NCBI GenBank assembly: GCA_046484865.1
Contig: JAWOID010000116.1
Location: 1 to 64,000, forward strand
Reading direction: 5' to 3'
Origin: Candidatus Krumholzibacteriia bacterium
Lineage (GTDB): Bacteria > Krumholzibacteriota > Krumholzibacteriia > LZORAL124-64-63
DNA: 64,000 bases
Shown here: positions 8,665 to 19,149 of the stretch, piece after piece
Numbering within the stretch: position 1 is the stretch's first letter
Layout: the number at the start of each line of letters is the position of its first letter
The notes under the pieces: generated by a model
Seen by the model: the letters and a program-made list of their open reading frames with translations, nothing else
Databases searched by the model: none
Told to the model about the DNA's origin: nothing
Position numbers and translations under genes: made by a program

Positions 8665-9579
8665 CTAGAAGGTGGCGATGAAGCCGATGCCCCAGGCGAA
8701 GCTGGTGAGGGACTGCGACTCGAGTTCGGTGACCACGTCGTCGCCGGGAAACTCGGTCAGCGGGATGCGCACCGTGCCGTCGTCCCGCTGCTCGAAGAAC
8801 TCCGCCGGAGTCCACTGGAGGTCGCTCCGGTGCACGCTGAACTCGAGCCGGACGCTGATGAGATCGTCGGCGATCAGTCGGATGCCGGCGCCCGCGAAGG
8901 CGTCGCTGGCGCCCGCCAGGCCGTCCACGTACCTGGAGTTCATCTCGTACCACATGCGCCCGAAGCCGCCGGTCAGGTACGGGTGGAAGCGGCCCTCCGA
9001 GTCACCCAGAGCCAGCGGGTAGAGCACGCCGGCCAGGCTTCCGCCCAGCGCGATCACCGAGCCGTTCTCCGCGTCGAATTCGCCCAGGGGCGGATCGTAC
9101 ACCGGCGGCGCGTTGGGGTCGGTGTTGGGGCGCCGCACACGATTCTCCACCGAGGCCGCATACTTGCACGAGGCGAAGCTGAACGCGGCTTCCAGCGCGA
9201 AGAACCGGGTGAGATTGTAGCCGAGGCGCGCGACGGGGTGGAATGCGCTGGTCCCCTTGATCTCCACGTCGCCCCAGAACGTCGACTCGTCGTTGTACTT
9301 GTAGACGATCTGCTCGTGGGACAGGAGGGTCTGATTCAGGTCCAGGAAGCCCAGGGTGAGGGCGATCTCCACCTTGCCGGGCTCGATGCGAGGGAGGTAG
9401 GCCTCCCGCTCCTCCTCCTCGTCGATCATCCGCGCCTGCTCGCTGGGCCGCAAGAGGTCGAACGTCTTCTCGTCCGGCTGCCGCGTCTGGTCGGAGGCGG
9501 GCGGCTGCGCCGCAGCGGGTGCGGCCAGGGCGATCAGGCAGATCAGGCAGAGAAGGAAGGACGTTCTGCTGGTGGACAT
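8665..9579 (-). CDS. Outer-membrane beta-barrel protein
   Basis: Signal peptide, amphipathic strands (PYLTGGFG, GAGIR) and C-terminal Phe. ATG with AGGAG RBS. Confidence 0.7.
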   Translation of the reverse strand: MSTSRTSFLLCLICLIALAAPAAAQPPASDQTRQPDEKTFDLLRPSEQARMIDEEEEREAYLPRIEPGKVEIALTLGFLDLNQTLLSHEQIVYKYNDESTFWGDVEIKGTSAFHPVARLGYNLTRFFALEAAFSFASCKYAASVENRVRRPNTDPNAPPVYDPPLGEFDAENGSVIALGGSLAGVLYPLALGDSEGRFHPYLTGGFGRMWYEMNSRYVDGLAGASDAFAGAGIRLIADDLISVRLEFSVHRSDLQWTPAEFFEQRDDGTVRIPLTEFPGDDVVTELESQSLTSFAWGIGFIATF

Positions 9580-9799
9580 GAATCTCGACTCCTGCGGCTG
9601 AACCGCCCTGAACACCTTGAGGAAGCCAGCTGTCGAACCGCGGCTCGCGTTGCGGACGGCGACCGCGCCGTGCGGTGAGGTGGCGCATGCCTGGGGCGTT
9701 CCGCCACGGCCGGGCACGAGTCGCGGAGCAGTGACCTGTTGGCGCAAGTGACTGTCGGAACGGGTCCAAACAGCGGCCCGGCGACGCCGCGGCCGTATT

Positions 9800-9876
9800 A
9801 ATGTCAGGTTCTGGGTAGGTGGTGTCAACCTCGGAGTGCGGGGCGCGTTGTTCCGCCACCGGCAGCCTGGTATATT
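9800..9876. promoter_or_regulatory. Divergent sigma70-like promoters
   Basis: Minus strand TTGACA-17-GACATT (9828-9800); plus strand TTGTTC-17-TATATT (9848-9876). Confidence 0.5.
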
Positions 9877-9914
9877 CAGCGCGTACCCCCCGCCCGCGAA
9901 AGGCAGATCGATCC

Positions 9915-12728
9915 ATGCACTCTCCCAACGCCGTGACCAGCGTGTTCGGGCGGCCGTTCGCCGGCCACCGTTCGCGCCGGGGACTGCTGTTCGGACTCGC
10001 CGGCGCGCTGCTCCTGCTCGCCGCAGCGCCGGCCGCGGCCCAGGTGGCGCTCGACTTCCCCGGCCAGGTCCCGGTTCGCATCGCCGGCGAGAACACCGAC
10101 ATCGTCGGGTACGACCACGACGGCGACGGAAACCAGGAACTGCTGGTGGGTTTCGCCGACGGCAGCATCGCCCTGATCCGCTTCCGCGCGGGCGGCAACT
10201 TCGAGTTGCTCGAGCGATTCGCACCCGGTGGGACGGTGGTGGCCCTCACGCTGCTCGCGCTGGCGGCCGACGACACCGTCCTCGTGGCGGCCGCCCGTGA
10301 TCCGGACGAGGTGATCGTGCTCCGGGTGCAGGGGGGCGCCAGTCCGTTCACCGTGCTCGACCGGGTGCACCTGCCCGAGGATCCCGGCGGCATCATCGCC
10401 GGCCACATCGGTGCTCCGGCGATCCCCGGACTGGCGGTGACCCTGCCGGGGATCGACCGGATGGTGGTGCTGCGCTTCGAGGACGCGGAATGGCGGCTGG
10501 CGCAGGACCTGGACACGGGCGACAGACCGGTGTCGGTGGCCCTGGTGGACCTGGACCAGGACGGGACGGTGGAGATCGTCACCGCCGACGCCGGCCCCCT
10601 GTCGGGTGCCTTCAGCGTATTCCGCTGGCAAGACGGTGCCTACGCGCTGACGGATCAGCCGCGGCCGGGCGCGGCGCCTGTCTCCGTGCTCGCCTACGAT
10701 CACGACGACGATGGAGTGGACGAGCTGTTCGCCACGTACGCCGACGCCCCGTACATCAGCATCTTCGAGCCCGTGGCCGGTGTCCTCGAGGAGGTCGACC
10801 GGGTGACGACGCCGCTGCCCACCGACGGCTTGCTGGTGGCGCCGGTCACCGCGGATGCGCTCGCGATGCTGTGCTGGAACGCGGACCGCGGCGTCGTGCA
10901 CTACTACCGCAAGATCATTGCCGACTGGCAGCTCGTGGACACGTTCTACACGGGCGGTCGCGCCACCGCGGCATCGCTGCTCGACATGAACGTCGACGGC
11001 TACATCGATCTCGCGGTGGCGAACGGCGCCTCCGAGACGGTGGGCATGCTCTTCGGCAACAACCTGCCGAGCTTCCGCGGTTACCGGGCCCGGCTGCTGG
11101 ACGGATCTCCGGCCGCCGGGGTGGTGGTGGACGCCGGGGGCGATCCGCACCTGGACCTCGCCGTGGTGGACGTGCAGGGCAGCAGTCTCTCGGTGATGGC
11201 AGGCGACGGCGGCGGCCGGTTCTCGCCCGACCCTGCGCCGCTGTCGCTGGAGACGCCCATCACCGCTCTGGTGACCCTCCGCGCCGACGGCGACGATCTG
11301 CTGGATCTCGCCGGCGTGCAACCGACGAGCGATCGGGTTCGCATCTTCCTGCGGCGTCCGGAGGGCGGGTTCGTGGACGCCGGCAGCTTCGTCACCGGCG
11401 ACAATCCCGCCGCGCTGGAGGCGGGCGACCTGGATGGCGACGGCTTCGTCGACCTGGTGGTGGGCAACGCCGGCAGCGGCGACCTGACGCTCGCCTTCGG
11501 CGCGGGCGACGGCACCTTCCCGACCGTGCTCACCCTGCCGGTCAGCGGCAACGTCCGCGACATCGCGCTGCTCGATCTCGACGGCGACGCGTTGCCGGAC
11601 ATCGCGGTCAGCAATGGCTCGGTGGGGATCGCCACCCTGTCCAACCTGGGCGGGCGCCTCTTCGGCCAGGCCCGGTTCTACACCCTGGGCGGCGCCACCG
11701 CCACGGTCGAGGCCGGCGATCTCGACGGCGACGGCGATCTCGACCTCGTGGTGGCGAACACGGCGAACCGGGCGCTGAGCTTCCTGGAGAATCTCGGCGA
11801 CGGCTGGATGGCCGTGCGGCAGACGGAGCACCCCCTGGACGGCCGGCCGGGGCCCCTGCTGGTGGCGGACGTGAACCTCGACGGACTGGCTGACGTCGTC
11901 GTGCCGCTGCCGGATGTGGCGGCCGTGGGGCTGGTGGTCAATGCGGGCGCATGGGTATTCACGCCGCCGGTCCGGTTCCAGCCCGCTCTTCGCCCCGGCA
12001 AGCCGCTGTTCGGCGACTTCAACGAGGACGGCATCCCCGACCTGCTCATCCTCGACTACGAACTCGACCTCGCGGTCAGCATGCTCAACGTGGAGCCGAA
12101 TCCCGTGCCGGCTGACCCGGAGGCGCTCGTCGCCGCCTGTCGCGGTTCTTCCCTGGAGGTCCAGATCCAGATCGGAATCGGCGAGCGGTGGCGCCTGGAG
12201 GCAGCCGGTCGCCACGGCTGGATTCCGCTGGGCGACCAGGACCACCGGGACCTCGGTGTCTGGGAGCGGGCCGCGGACGGGTGGCGATTGCTGCTGTCCG
12301 CCACGGACCTGCGGCAACTCGACGAGGCCCGCGGCCTCCGGCTGGACGCGGGCGCGGTGTCGTTCAGGCTCGTGACGGGTGTCGCCCCGGCGGTGGTTCG
12401 CGCCGAGCTGGCGGCTCCGGTCTGCGATGGTCCGCACGCCGGGCCGCCGGGGCTCGCGGTCGTCCTCGGGGCTCCCCATCCGAATCCGTTCAACCCGGCG
12501 GTGGAGATCGCGTTCACCGTGCGACAGGCCGGGGCGGCGGTGGCGGCGGTCTGGGATCTGCGGGGGCGCCGGGTGGCCACTCTGCTCGCACGAGAGCTCG
12601 CGGCCGGCGAGCACCGGCTGACCTGGCGCGGCGAAGGGGACGACGGACCCGTGGCGGCCGGCGCCTACGTGGTGACGGTTGAGACGGACGGCGGGCGGGC
12701 GTCGCGCAAGATCATGCTGGTCCGCTGA
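9915..12728 (+). CDS. Secreted FG-GAP/VCBS repeat protein with C-terminal FlgD-Ig/T9SS-like sorting domain
   Basis: Signal peptide and many DLDGDGxxD repeats. C-terminus reads PNPFNP...DLRGRRVATL...GAY...RKIMLVR. Confidence 0.85.
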   Translation: MHSPNAVTSVFGRPFAGHRSRRGLLFGLAGALLLLAAAPAAAQVALDFPGQVPVRIAGENTDIVGYDHDGDGNQELLVGFADGSIALIRFRAGGNFELLERFAPGGTVVALTLLALAADDTVLVAAARDPDEVIVLRVQGGASPFTVLDRVHLPEDPGGIIAGHIGAPAIPGLAVTLPGIDRMVVLRFEDAEWRLAQDLDTGDRPVSVALVDLDQDGTVEIVTADAGPLSGAFSVFRWQDGAYALTDQPRPGAAPVSVLAYDHDDDGVDELFATYADAPYISIFEPVAGVLEEVDRVTTPLPTDGLLVAPVTADALAMLCWNADRGVVHYYRKIIADWQLVDTFYTGGRATAASLLDMNVDGYIDLAVANGASETVGMLFGNNLPSFRGYRARLLDGSPAAGVVVDAGGDPHLDLAVVDVQGSSLSVMAGDGGGRFSPDPAPLSLETPITALVTLRADGDDLLDLAGVQPTSDRVRIFLRRPEGGFVDAGSFVTGDNPAALEAGDLDGDGFVDLVVGNAGSGDLTLAFGAGDGTFPTVLTLPVSGNVRDIALLDLDGDALPDIAVSNGSVGIATLSNLGGRLFGQARFYTLGGATATVEAGDLDGDGDLDLVVANTANRALSFLENLGDGWMAVRQTEHPLDGRPGPLLVADVNLDGLADVVVPLPDVAAVGLVVNAGAWVFTPPVRFQPALRPGKPLFGDFNEDGIPDLLILDYELDLAVSMLNVEPNPVPADPEALVAACRGSSLEVQIQIGIGERWRLEAAGRHGWIPLGDQDHRDLGVWERAADGWRLLLSATDLRQLDEARGLRLDAGAVSFRLVTGVAPAVVRAELAAPVCDGPHAGPPGLAVVLGAPHPNPFNPAVEIAFTVRQAGAAVAAVWDLRGRRVATLLARELAAGEHRLTWRGEGDDGPVAAGAYVVTVETDGGRASRKIMLVR

Positions 12729-12799
12729 GACGCGCGACCTGATCGCACGGCGGTCCATCGGGGACGGAATTCGCGGCACGTCGCCGGCGGCGGGTGGCG

Positions 12800-13759
12800 T
12801 CAGCGCCGGGGTGGCCGCAGGTAGCGAACCTCTTCCTCGAGCTCGATCCCGAACTGATCGCGCACCGCAGCGCTCATGCGACGCACGAGTTCGCGCACCT
12901 CGGCGCTGGTGGCTCCGCCGGCGTTCACCACGATGTTGGCATGGCGGTCGAACACGGCGGCACCTCCCACGCGCAGCGTGCGGGCGCCGGCGCGGTCCAG
13001 CAACTCGCCCGCGGCACGCCGACGTTCTCCGGGGGCGGCCGGGGGCAGGTTCTTGAACCAGCTTCCCGCACAGGGCTCCAGCACCGGGTGCTTCAGGAGA
13101 CGCTCCGCCCGGCGTTCCTCCCGCTCCCGCGTTGCGGCCGCGGTGTCGCCGCGGCGCAGCCGCAGCACCGCCGCCAGCACCACGGCGCCGCTCTCCTTGA
13201 GCCGACTGTCGCGATAACCGAAGCCGAAGTCGCCCGGGCTCAGCACGGCCAGCGTGCCGTCGGGCAGCAGGACGCTCGCCTCCACCAGGAACTCGCCGAT
13301 CTCGTGGCCGAAGCAGCCGGCGTTTCCCACCAGGGCGCCGCCGAGCGTCCCCGGGATGCCGGAGGCGAACTCGAGTCCGGTCAGTCCGTCGGCGATGGTG
13401 CGTGCGATCAGTCGGTCGAACTCCAGCCCGGCCCCCGCCTGCACGGTCGTGCCGGTCACCCGGTACGTATCCGTGGCCACCTGCAGGATCAGCCCGGGGA
13501 AGCCGTCGTCGTCCGCCAGCACGTTGCTGCCGCCCCCGAGAACGTATGCCGGCAGCCGGTGATCCCGGGAGAAACCCTGGAACATGGCCGCGTCGGCCGC
13601 GTTCTCGATGCGGCAGACCGCCGTGGCGGGCCCGCCGATGCGGAGCGTGGTCAACTCGGCGAGCGGCACCGAGAGCGTCACCTTGTCCGGCCGTCGGGCC
13701 AGCAGCAGGCCGGCCCAGGCGGGCAACTCGGCGGCGGGACGGGACCGATCGTGGCGCAT
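12800..13759 (-). CDS. murB: UDP-N-acetylenolpyruvoylglucosamine reductase
   Basis: IGGPA, GGGSNVL, GIPGTLGGA..NAG, AGSWFKN, HANIVVN and LEEEV motifs. Confidence 0.93.
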   Translation of the reverse strand: MRHDRSRPAAELPAWAGLLLARRPDKVTLSVPLAELTTLRIGGPATAVCRIENAADAAMFQGFSRDHRLPAYVLGGGSNVLADDDGFPGLILQVATDTYRVTGTTVQAGAGLEFDRLIARTIADGLTGLEFASGIPGTLGGALVGNAGCFGHEIGEFLVEASVLLPDGTLAVLSPGDFGFGYRDSRLKESGAVVLAAVLRLRRGDTAAATREREERRAERLLKHPVLEPCAGSWFKNLPPAAPGERRRAAGELLDRAGARTLRVGGAAVFDRHANIVVNAGGATSAEVRELVRRMSAAVRDQFGIELEEEVRYLRPPRR

Positions 13760-14000
13760 GGCGCTCCGGCAGCGGGGTCGCGGAAGACACGGTGGTCGCG
13801 GCCAGACGGGCCGCGCTGACCATGATCGAACGCCGGCCGCTTGCCGTCAAGCCGCGTGCGGCTCGTCTCGAGCCGCGTGCAGCGCGCTTTGCCGGCGGTA
13901 CGGCGGCGGGATACCTTGGGGGGCACCCGCGGCGCGACCGCCGCCCCGCGCCGCCGCCATGGCCATGCAGCGCCGATCACGCCGGGAAGGACCGCGGACC

Positions 14001-15029
14001 ATGAGCACCGATCAGAGGGTGATGACGGCGGCGGTCGCGTTCTCGCTGCTGGCGCACGCCCTGCTGTTGCTGTTCACCTGGGATCTGTCGCTCTCGGCAG
14101 CGCTCGCCCCCGTTCCGGACGACCAGAGGGACGAGATCGAGCTTTTGCTCGTACCCGACGAGCCTGCGGACCGCGAATCCGAGCTGCCGCGCCGGTACAC
14201 GGCCGTTCCGGAACGGCTGGCCACCGACGAGCCGCCGGAGAACCCCGATTTCCTGGCCCTCCACCACAGCCGCGCGGCGGACAGCCGGGAGGGCGGGCGG
14301 GACACTCGCAGCCCCAGCGCCGACCGGGAAGCCGAGGTGCCGCAGATCGCTGTGCAGCGCGAGCGACTGGAGGAAGCCGGCGGCGTCCAGGTCGCACAAC
14401 CGGACGTCCAGGAGGGACGCCGCGCTCCTGCCGGGGCCGCCGGCCGCGAGCGGCGCGACCGGCGCGAGGGCGACGAGACCTCCGGGGCGGGCGAGTGGAT
14501 GCTGCCGAGCGAGCGTGAGCAGAGCGCAGCCGGCCGCAGCCGCCGCGGCGAGGACGAGGGCGACGCGCCGGTCGAGGAGCCGGCCTGGATGACCGGCGGC
14601 CGTCCGTCCATCCTCCGTGACGGGACGGAAGGCGCCCCGGGAGACCGCGGGTTCGAGTTCGATCATCTGGAGTCGGGCAAGGTGGGCGGGAACGTGGCCG
14701 TCCAGGGAGCGTTCAGCCTCAACACGTACGAGTGGGACTTCGCCCCCTGGATGCATCGGTTCGAGCAGGACCTGCACCGGGCCTGGCGCGCGCCCTACGC
14801 CTATGCGCTGGGAGTGATCAGCGGCAAGACCGTCATTCGACTCGTCGTGGAGCGGGACGGGCGACCCAGCAGCATGGAGGTGGTCGAGACGGACGGGCAC
14901 GAATCGCTGCACCAGGCCAGCGCGTCGGCGCTGCAGGCGTTCGCGCCCTACGCGCCGCTGCCGCCGAACTTCCCCGAGCCGCAGCTTGTGATCACGCTGT
15001 CGCTCCACTATCCTGCGTGGGCGCGTTGA
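14001..15029 (+). CDS. TonB/TolA-like energy transducer
   Basis: N-terminal TM with S..AH motif, disordered linker and TonB-C-like domain (FAPYAPLP). Directly upstream of exbB/exbD homologues. Confidence 0.7.
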   Translation: MSTDQRVMTAAVAFSLLAHALLLLFTWDLSLSAALAPVPDDQRDEIELLLVPDEPADRESELPRRYTAVPERLATDEPPENPDFLALHHSRAADSREGGRDTRSPSADREAEVPQIAVQRERLEEAGGVQVAQPDVQEGRRAPAGAAGRERRDRREGDETSGAGEWMLPSEREQSAAGRSRRGEDEGDAPVEEPAWMTGGRPSILRDGTEGAPGDRGFEFDHLESGKVGGNVAVQGAFSLNTYEWDFAPWMHRFEQDLHRAWRAPYAYALGVISGKTVIRLVVERDGRPSSMEVVETDGHESLHQASASALQAFAPYAPLPPNFPEPQLVITLSLHYPAWAR

Positions 15030-15132
15030 CGCGGGGACGGTCGCCGGCCGTTCCCTTTTCCTTGTTGCCGCAGTGGGCCGCGGACTGGACTCGCGGCCGG
15101 ACGGCGGGACGTCTGGAGAGGACGAGAACTGC

Positions 15133-15756
15133 ATGTGGGAGATGATCCGCACCGGCGGCTGGATGATGTTGCCGCTGGCGCTCAGCTCGCTGGTGGGTCT
15201 GGCCGTGCTCCTGGAGCGCATCTACGTGCTGCAACGCCGCCGCATCGTGGCGCCGGAGATCGCCGAGGCCGTGGAGACGCTCTCCGCCGGGGCCGACTAC
15301 TCGGTGGCCTACGCGATCCTCGAGCGTCGCCCGGGACCGTTCGCGCGGATCGTCCGCGCCGGCCTCGACCATGCCCACGACGACTGGCAGATCACCCGCG
15401 ACGTGCTGCAGGAAGCCGGACGTCAGGAAGCCACGCGCCTCACCCGGCGGCTGGGCGTGCTGGAGACCGTGGCCGCCGTGGCGCCGCTGCTGGGCCTGCT
15501 CGGCACCGTGCTCGGCATGATCAAGGTGTTCGCCGGGGTGTCCGTCGCCGGTCTCGGTGATCCCGAGGCGCTGTCGGGCGGCATCGGGGAGGCCATGATC
15601 ACCACGGCCGTGGGTCTGAGCATCGGCATCCCGGCCCTGGTGGCGCACAACTGGCTCAGCGGTCGCGCGGAGCAGGTCGTCTTCGAGCTCGAGGTCTATG
15701 CGACGAAGGTCCTGGACACCGTCCGTTCGCGGCAGACCGGGTCGGTGGCGCGGTGA
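15133..15756 (+). CDS. exbB: MotA/TolQ/ExbB proton channel protein
   Basis: APLLGLLGTVLGMI, GIGEAMITTAVGL and IPAL motifs. Confidence 0.9.
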   Translation: MWEMIRTGGWMMLPLALSSLVGLAVLLERIYVLQRRRIVAPEIAEAVETLSAGADYSVAYAILERRPGPFARIVRAGLDHAHDDWQITRDVLQEAGRQEATRLTRRLGVLETVAAVAPLLGLLGTVLGMIKVFAGVSVAGLGDPEALSGGIGEAMITTAVGLSIGIPALVAHNWLSGRAEQVVFELEVYATKVLDTVRSRQTGSVAR

Positions 15757-16163
15757 ACTTCCTGACCAGACGCCGCAAGCGAGGTTTGATCATCAACGTG
15801 ACGTCGCTGATCGACGTCATGTTCCTGCTGCTGATCTTCTTCATGGTCACCAGCACCTTCAAGAACCAGCCGGCCATTCAGCTCGTGCTGCCGCGCAGCG
15901 CCACGGCCGAGGAAGCGCTGGTCGGGCCGACGGTGCTCTATCTCACCGCCGACGGCGCTCTCTTTCTCAACGACCAGCCGGTGGACCGGGCGGTTCTGCG
16001 CGAACGGTTGCGCGGGCTGAAGGCCACCGACACCGAGGATCGTATCGTGCTGCGCGCCGACCAGGATTCGAACCACGGCGAGGTGGTCGGTCTCATCGAC
16101 CTCATCAAGGAGACCGGCTTCACCCGCGTGAGCCTCAGCGCCCGGCGGCCGGGCCGGCCCTGA
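15753..16163 (+). CDS. exbD: ExbD/TolR biopolymer transport protein
   Basis: INVTSLIDVMFLLLIFFMV and LRAD motifs. Confidence 0.9.
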   Translation: MNFLTRRRKRGLIINVTSLIDVMFLLLIFFMVTSTFKNQPAIQLVLPRSATAEEALVGPTVLYLTADGALFLNDQPVDRAVLRERLRGLKATDTEDRIVLRADQDSNHGEVVGLIDLIKETGFTRVSLSARRPGRP

Positions 16164-16319
16164 GCCGCGGCCGGAGGCGCACCGGCCGTCCGGTGCGGGC
16201 TGCGGCCGGAACGGACGCGCGCACGCCGCCTTGACGGCGCGCGGCCGGCGGAACAAAATGGCCGCGCCACGGTTCCTGGGCCCTGGTTCCCCGCCACCTC
16301 GCTCCCTGGAGGAGTCAGC

Positions 16320-17813
16320 TTGCATTGCCTGCGCTCCCCGCGCGTCCGCCCGTCCTCAGGGACACGGGCGCGCCCGACCCGCGGACCGGCCCCCGGCGGT
16401 CGCTCCCGCCGCTCACCGACCTCTCGTGCCGCCGCGGTCCTCGCCCTCCTGGTGAGCGCGGCCCTGGCGGTGATCGCCGGCTGCAGCAGCGACGATCCCG
16501 GGCCCGTGGGCCTCGACCTCGTGGACACGTCCCTGGATACGGTGCTGCGGCCGCTGCTGATCACCGAGGTCCTGGGCTATGATCCGCTGCAGGTGGACAG
16601 CACCGACCTGCCCTACGATCAGCAGCAGGTGCTCTGGCTGGGCGAGGACGACGAGCGCGCCTCGTCCATCCTGCTGAACTACGACTTCGACGCGATCCGC
16701 GAGGCCGGCTGGGTGGACAGCCTGGTCACGGTGCAGAACATCAGTCGGGTGTACCTGCGCCTGCAGCTGCTGAACCCCTACGTGGCGCGGCTCTCCGCCA
16801 ATCCCGACACGGTGCTGCCGTCGCAGAATCTCGAGAAGTCGTACCGACTGCAGGAACTCGCCGAGCCGTTCGACCCCGGCGCCTATCCGGGTCCGGAGCC
16901 GGCAGCGGCCTCCGGGTCGCTGGTGAGTTCCGTCGCCGAGCCGGCCGGGTCGGTGATCCGGCTGGACATCTCGCCCGCGCGCTTCGTCGAATGGTACGCG
17001 CGGGGCGGGAGCATCGGCTTCATGCTGGGCGAGAATGTCGGAGGCGGGTCGGAGCCGGGGCTGATCGGGTTCGCCGCCATCGACCTGCAGTCGCGGAACT
17101 ACGATTTGCTCGACCGGACCGCCCTGGGCGACACCACGCTCGGCGGCACGGTCACCGTGGGCATGTCCATCGTCACCGAGTTCCTGGACGAGGGTGAGAA
17201 CGAGGATGCGTTTCTGGTGCTGGTCCCCACCGCGGACGTCTCCACGCTCCACCGCCTGCCGGAGCCGCCGCTCACGATGGCCGATGGTTTCATGCTGCGC
17301 ACGCATGTGCGCAGCTACCCGGCGCTGCTCTTCGATCTCTCGACGCTGCCGCCGAACGTCCTCATCAACCGAGCGCGGCTGATGGTGGCCAACGACCCCG
17401 GCCGCGCCAGAGGGCCGCAGCCCGAGGGGATCGTCGTGGGCGAGCTGGACGCATCGCTGCTGCAGGGCGAGCGCCCGCAGGTGACGCTGAGCGTGTTGCA
17501 GCAGGACGTGGAGGAGATCTCGGGCCAGTCGCGGCTCACTCCGGAACTGTCCGGCGCGCTGGCCTTCAACGTGACGCGGAGCGTGCAGCGGCACGTGAAC
17601 GGCGCCTACGAAGGGACGCGCGCCTTCCTGCTCTACGCGCCCGAGACGTTTTCCGCCTCCGCCTATCGCACCTCCCTGTCCTACGGCCCGGATCTGCTGC
17701 TGCAGCGCTTCTGGTTCCATGGCGCCGATGCGCCGTCCGACTCGCTCCGGCCGCAACTGCGGATCACCTACACCCGCAATGACGCCATCGGCGGGACGGA
17801 GGTGACGCCGTGA
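16320..17813 (+). CDS. Hypothetical lipoprotein
   Basis: Lipobox IAGC and GC3-biased frame; 4-bp overlap with the next gene. Start uncertain. Confidence 0.7.
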   Translation: MHCLRSPRVRPSSGTRARPTRGPAPGGRSRRSPTSRAAAVLALLVSAALAVIAGCSSDDPGPVGLDLVDTSLDTVLRPLLITEVLGYDPLQVDSTDLPYDQQQVLWLGEDDERASSILLNYDFDAIREAGWVDSLVTVQNISRVYLRLQLLNPYVARLSANPDTVLPSQNLEKSYRLQELAEPFDPGAYPGPEPAAASGSLVSSVAEPAGSVIRLDISPARFVEWYARGGSIGFMLGENVGGGSEPGLIGFAAIDLQSRNYDLLDRTALGDTTLGGTVTVGMSIVTEFLDEGENEDAFLVLVPTADVSTLHRLPEPPLTMADGFMLRTHVRSYPALLFDLSTLPPNVLINRARLMVANDPGRARGPQPEGIVVGELDASLLQGERPQVTLSVLQQDVEEISGQSRLTPELSGALAFNVTRSVQRHVNGAYEGTRAFLLYAPETFSASAYRTSLSYGPDLLLQRFWFHGADAPSDSLRPQLRITYTRNDAIGGTEVTP

Positions 17814-19081
17814 TCGCCCGCCTTCCTCTGCGCGGCGATGGCGCCGCCCACGCGGCCCTCGGACTGGCGACGCTGCTGCTGATCGGGGCGCCGCTGTCCG
17901 ACGCGGCGGCCCAGACACCGTTCGCGCTCCAGAACATCGGCCAGCCCGTGTGGCAGTCCGATGCCCGCATCGCCGGTCGGGGCGGCTGGGGCATGACCGT
18001 GGCCGACACTCTGGCCCTCGGGTTCGAGAACATCGCGGGGCTCGCCCACAATCCCTTCGTCGGCATCCACTTCACCGGGTACGGCCTCGTCGTGGACGCT
18101 GACGACGGCGACGACCAGCGCACCACGTCGCGCACCTTCGCACCTGACTTCCGCATCTCGGCACCGATCATGCCCTTGCGACTGGCCCTCACCGCCGGCT
18201 ACCGGGCGCTGCGCGCCACGCAGTACACCACCGAGGCGCCGGGCAGCTGGGAGACGGACGAGGGGACCGTCACGGGGATCGAGCAGTTCGAGCGGCGCGG
18301 CACGCTCTTCGACGTGCCGATCGGGGCGTCGCTGCGCGTGAACCGGCGGATCTCGGTGGGAGCGTCCCTCAACCTGGTGCGCGGCGGCGTGGATCAGACG
18401 CGCGCCACGTTCTTCACCGGTCTCGAGCAGGTGGTGGACGATTCCACCGTCGTGGTCCCGGCGCCTTTCCTCGCCGCGGTCGAGCAGCAGGCGGATACCT
18501 ACGAGGGGACGAGCTACACCCTCTCGGTCCTGCTCGACGAGGTGGGCCCGCTGCGCCTGGGCGCCTCCTTCACGCCCGCGCACGACCTCGATCTCGAACG
18601 CCAGGTCAGCATCCAGGGCGTGGCGCGCCGGTACACAGAGACATTCGAGTTGCGCATGCCGGCGGAGTACCGCGTGGGTGCGGAGCTGCGCCTGGGCCAG
18701 CGCTGGCGCGCGGGTGCGGACTACACGCTGCAGCCGTTCAGCGACTTCTCCGGCCAGCCCGAGTGGGACGACGAGATGGTCGACGAGTGGACGCTGGCGA
18801 TGGGTCTGGAGCGGATGCTCGGCCGGGAGCGGCGCGGCGGGACGGGCAACCTGCCGCTGCGCCTCGGAGCGACGGTCAGGCGCTGGGGCTACCGCGTGGG
18901 CGGCGCGCCCGTCGACGAACGGAGCGTCTCGGTGGGCACCGGATTCGCGCTGGAAGGCGGCCGCGGCCAGCTGGACCTTGCGCTCACCTACGGCATGATC
19001 GGCGATCTCGACGAGAACGGCCTGGAGAGCGATTACTGGCGCCTGATGGTCTCGGTGACGGGCCTCGAGCGCTGGTGGTGA
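17810..19081 (+). CDS. Outer-membrane beta-barrel, FadL/OmpP1-like
   Basis: Signal peptide, N-terminal GRGGWG plug-like segment, beta strands and C-terminal ERWW. Confidence 0.7.
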   Translation: MIARLPLRGDGAAHAALGLATLLLIGAPLSDAAAQTPFALQNIGQPVWQSDARIAGRGGWGMTVADTLALGFENIAGLAHNPFVGIHFTGYGLVVDADDGDDQRTTSRTFAPDFRISAPIMPLRLALTAGYRALRATQYTTEAPGSWETDEGTVTGIEQFERRGTLFDVPIGASLRVNRRISVGASLNLVRGGVDQTRATFFTGLEQVVDDSTVVVPAPFLAAVEQQADTYEGTSYTLSVLLDEVGPLRLGASFTPAHDLDLERQVSIQGVARRYTETFELRMPAEYRVGAELRLGQRWRAGADYTLQPFSDFSGQPEWDDEMVDEWTLAMGLERMLGRERRGGTGNLPLRLGATVRRWGYRVGGAPVDERSVSVGTGFALEGGRGQLDLALTYGMIGDLDENGLESDYWRLMVSVTGLERWW

Positions 19082-19149
19082 CCGGGCGGAGCGTCCGAGG
19101 ACGACGGTGGACCAGGGCGGCGCCGCCCGCGGGCGGTGGCCGGGGAAGG

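Noticed and set aside
9876..13850. Very long antisense or alternate-frame ORFs (e.g. 1324 aa here, also 19033-21570, 20621-23425, 26367-29063)
   Set aside because: Shadow ORFs expected in very high-GC DNA opposite well-supported genes; they carry no recognisable motifs.
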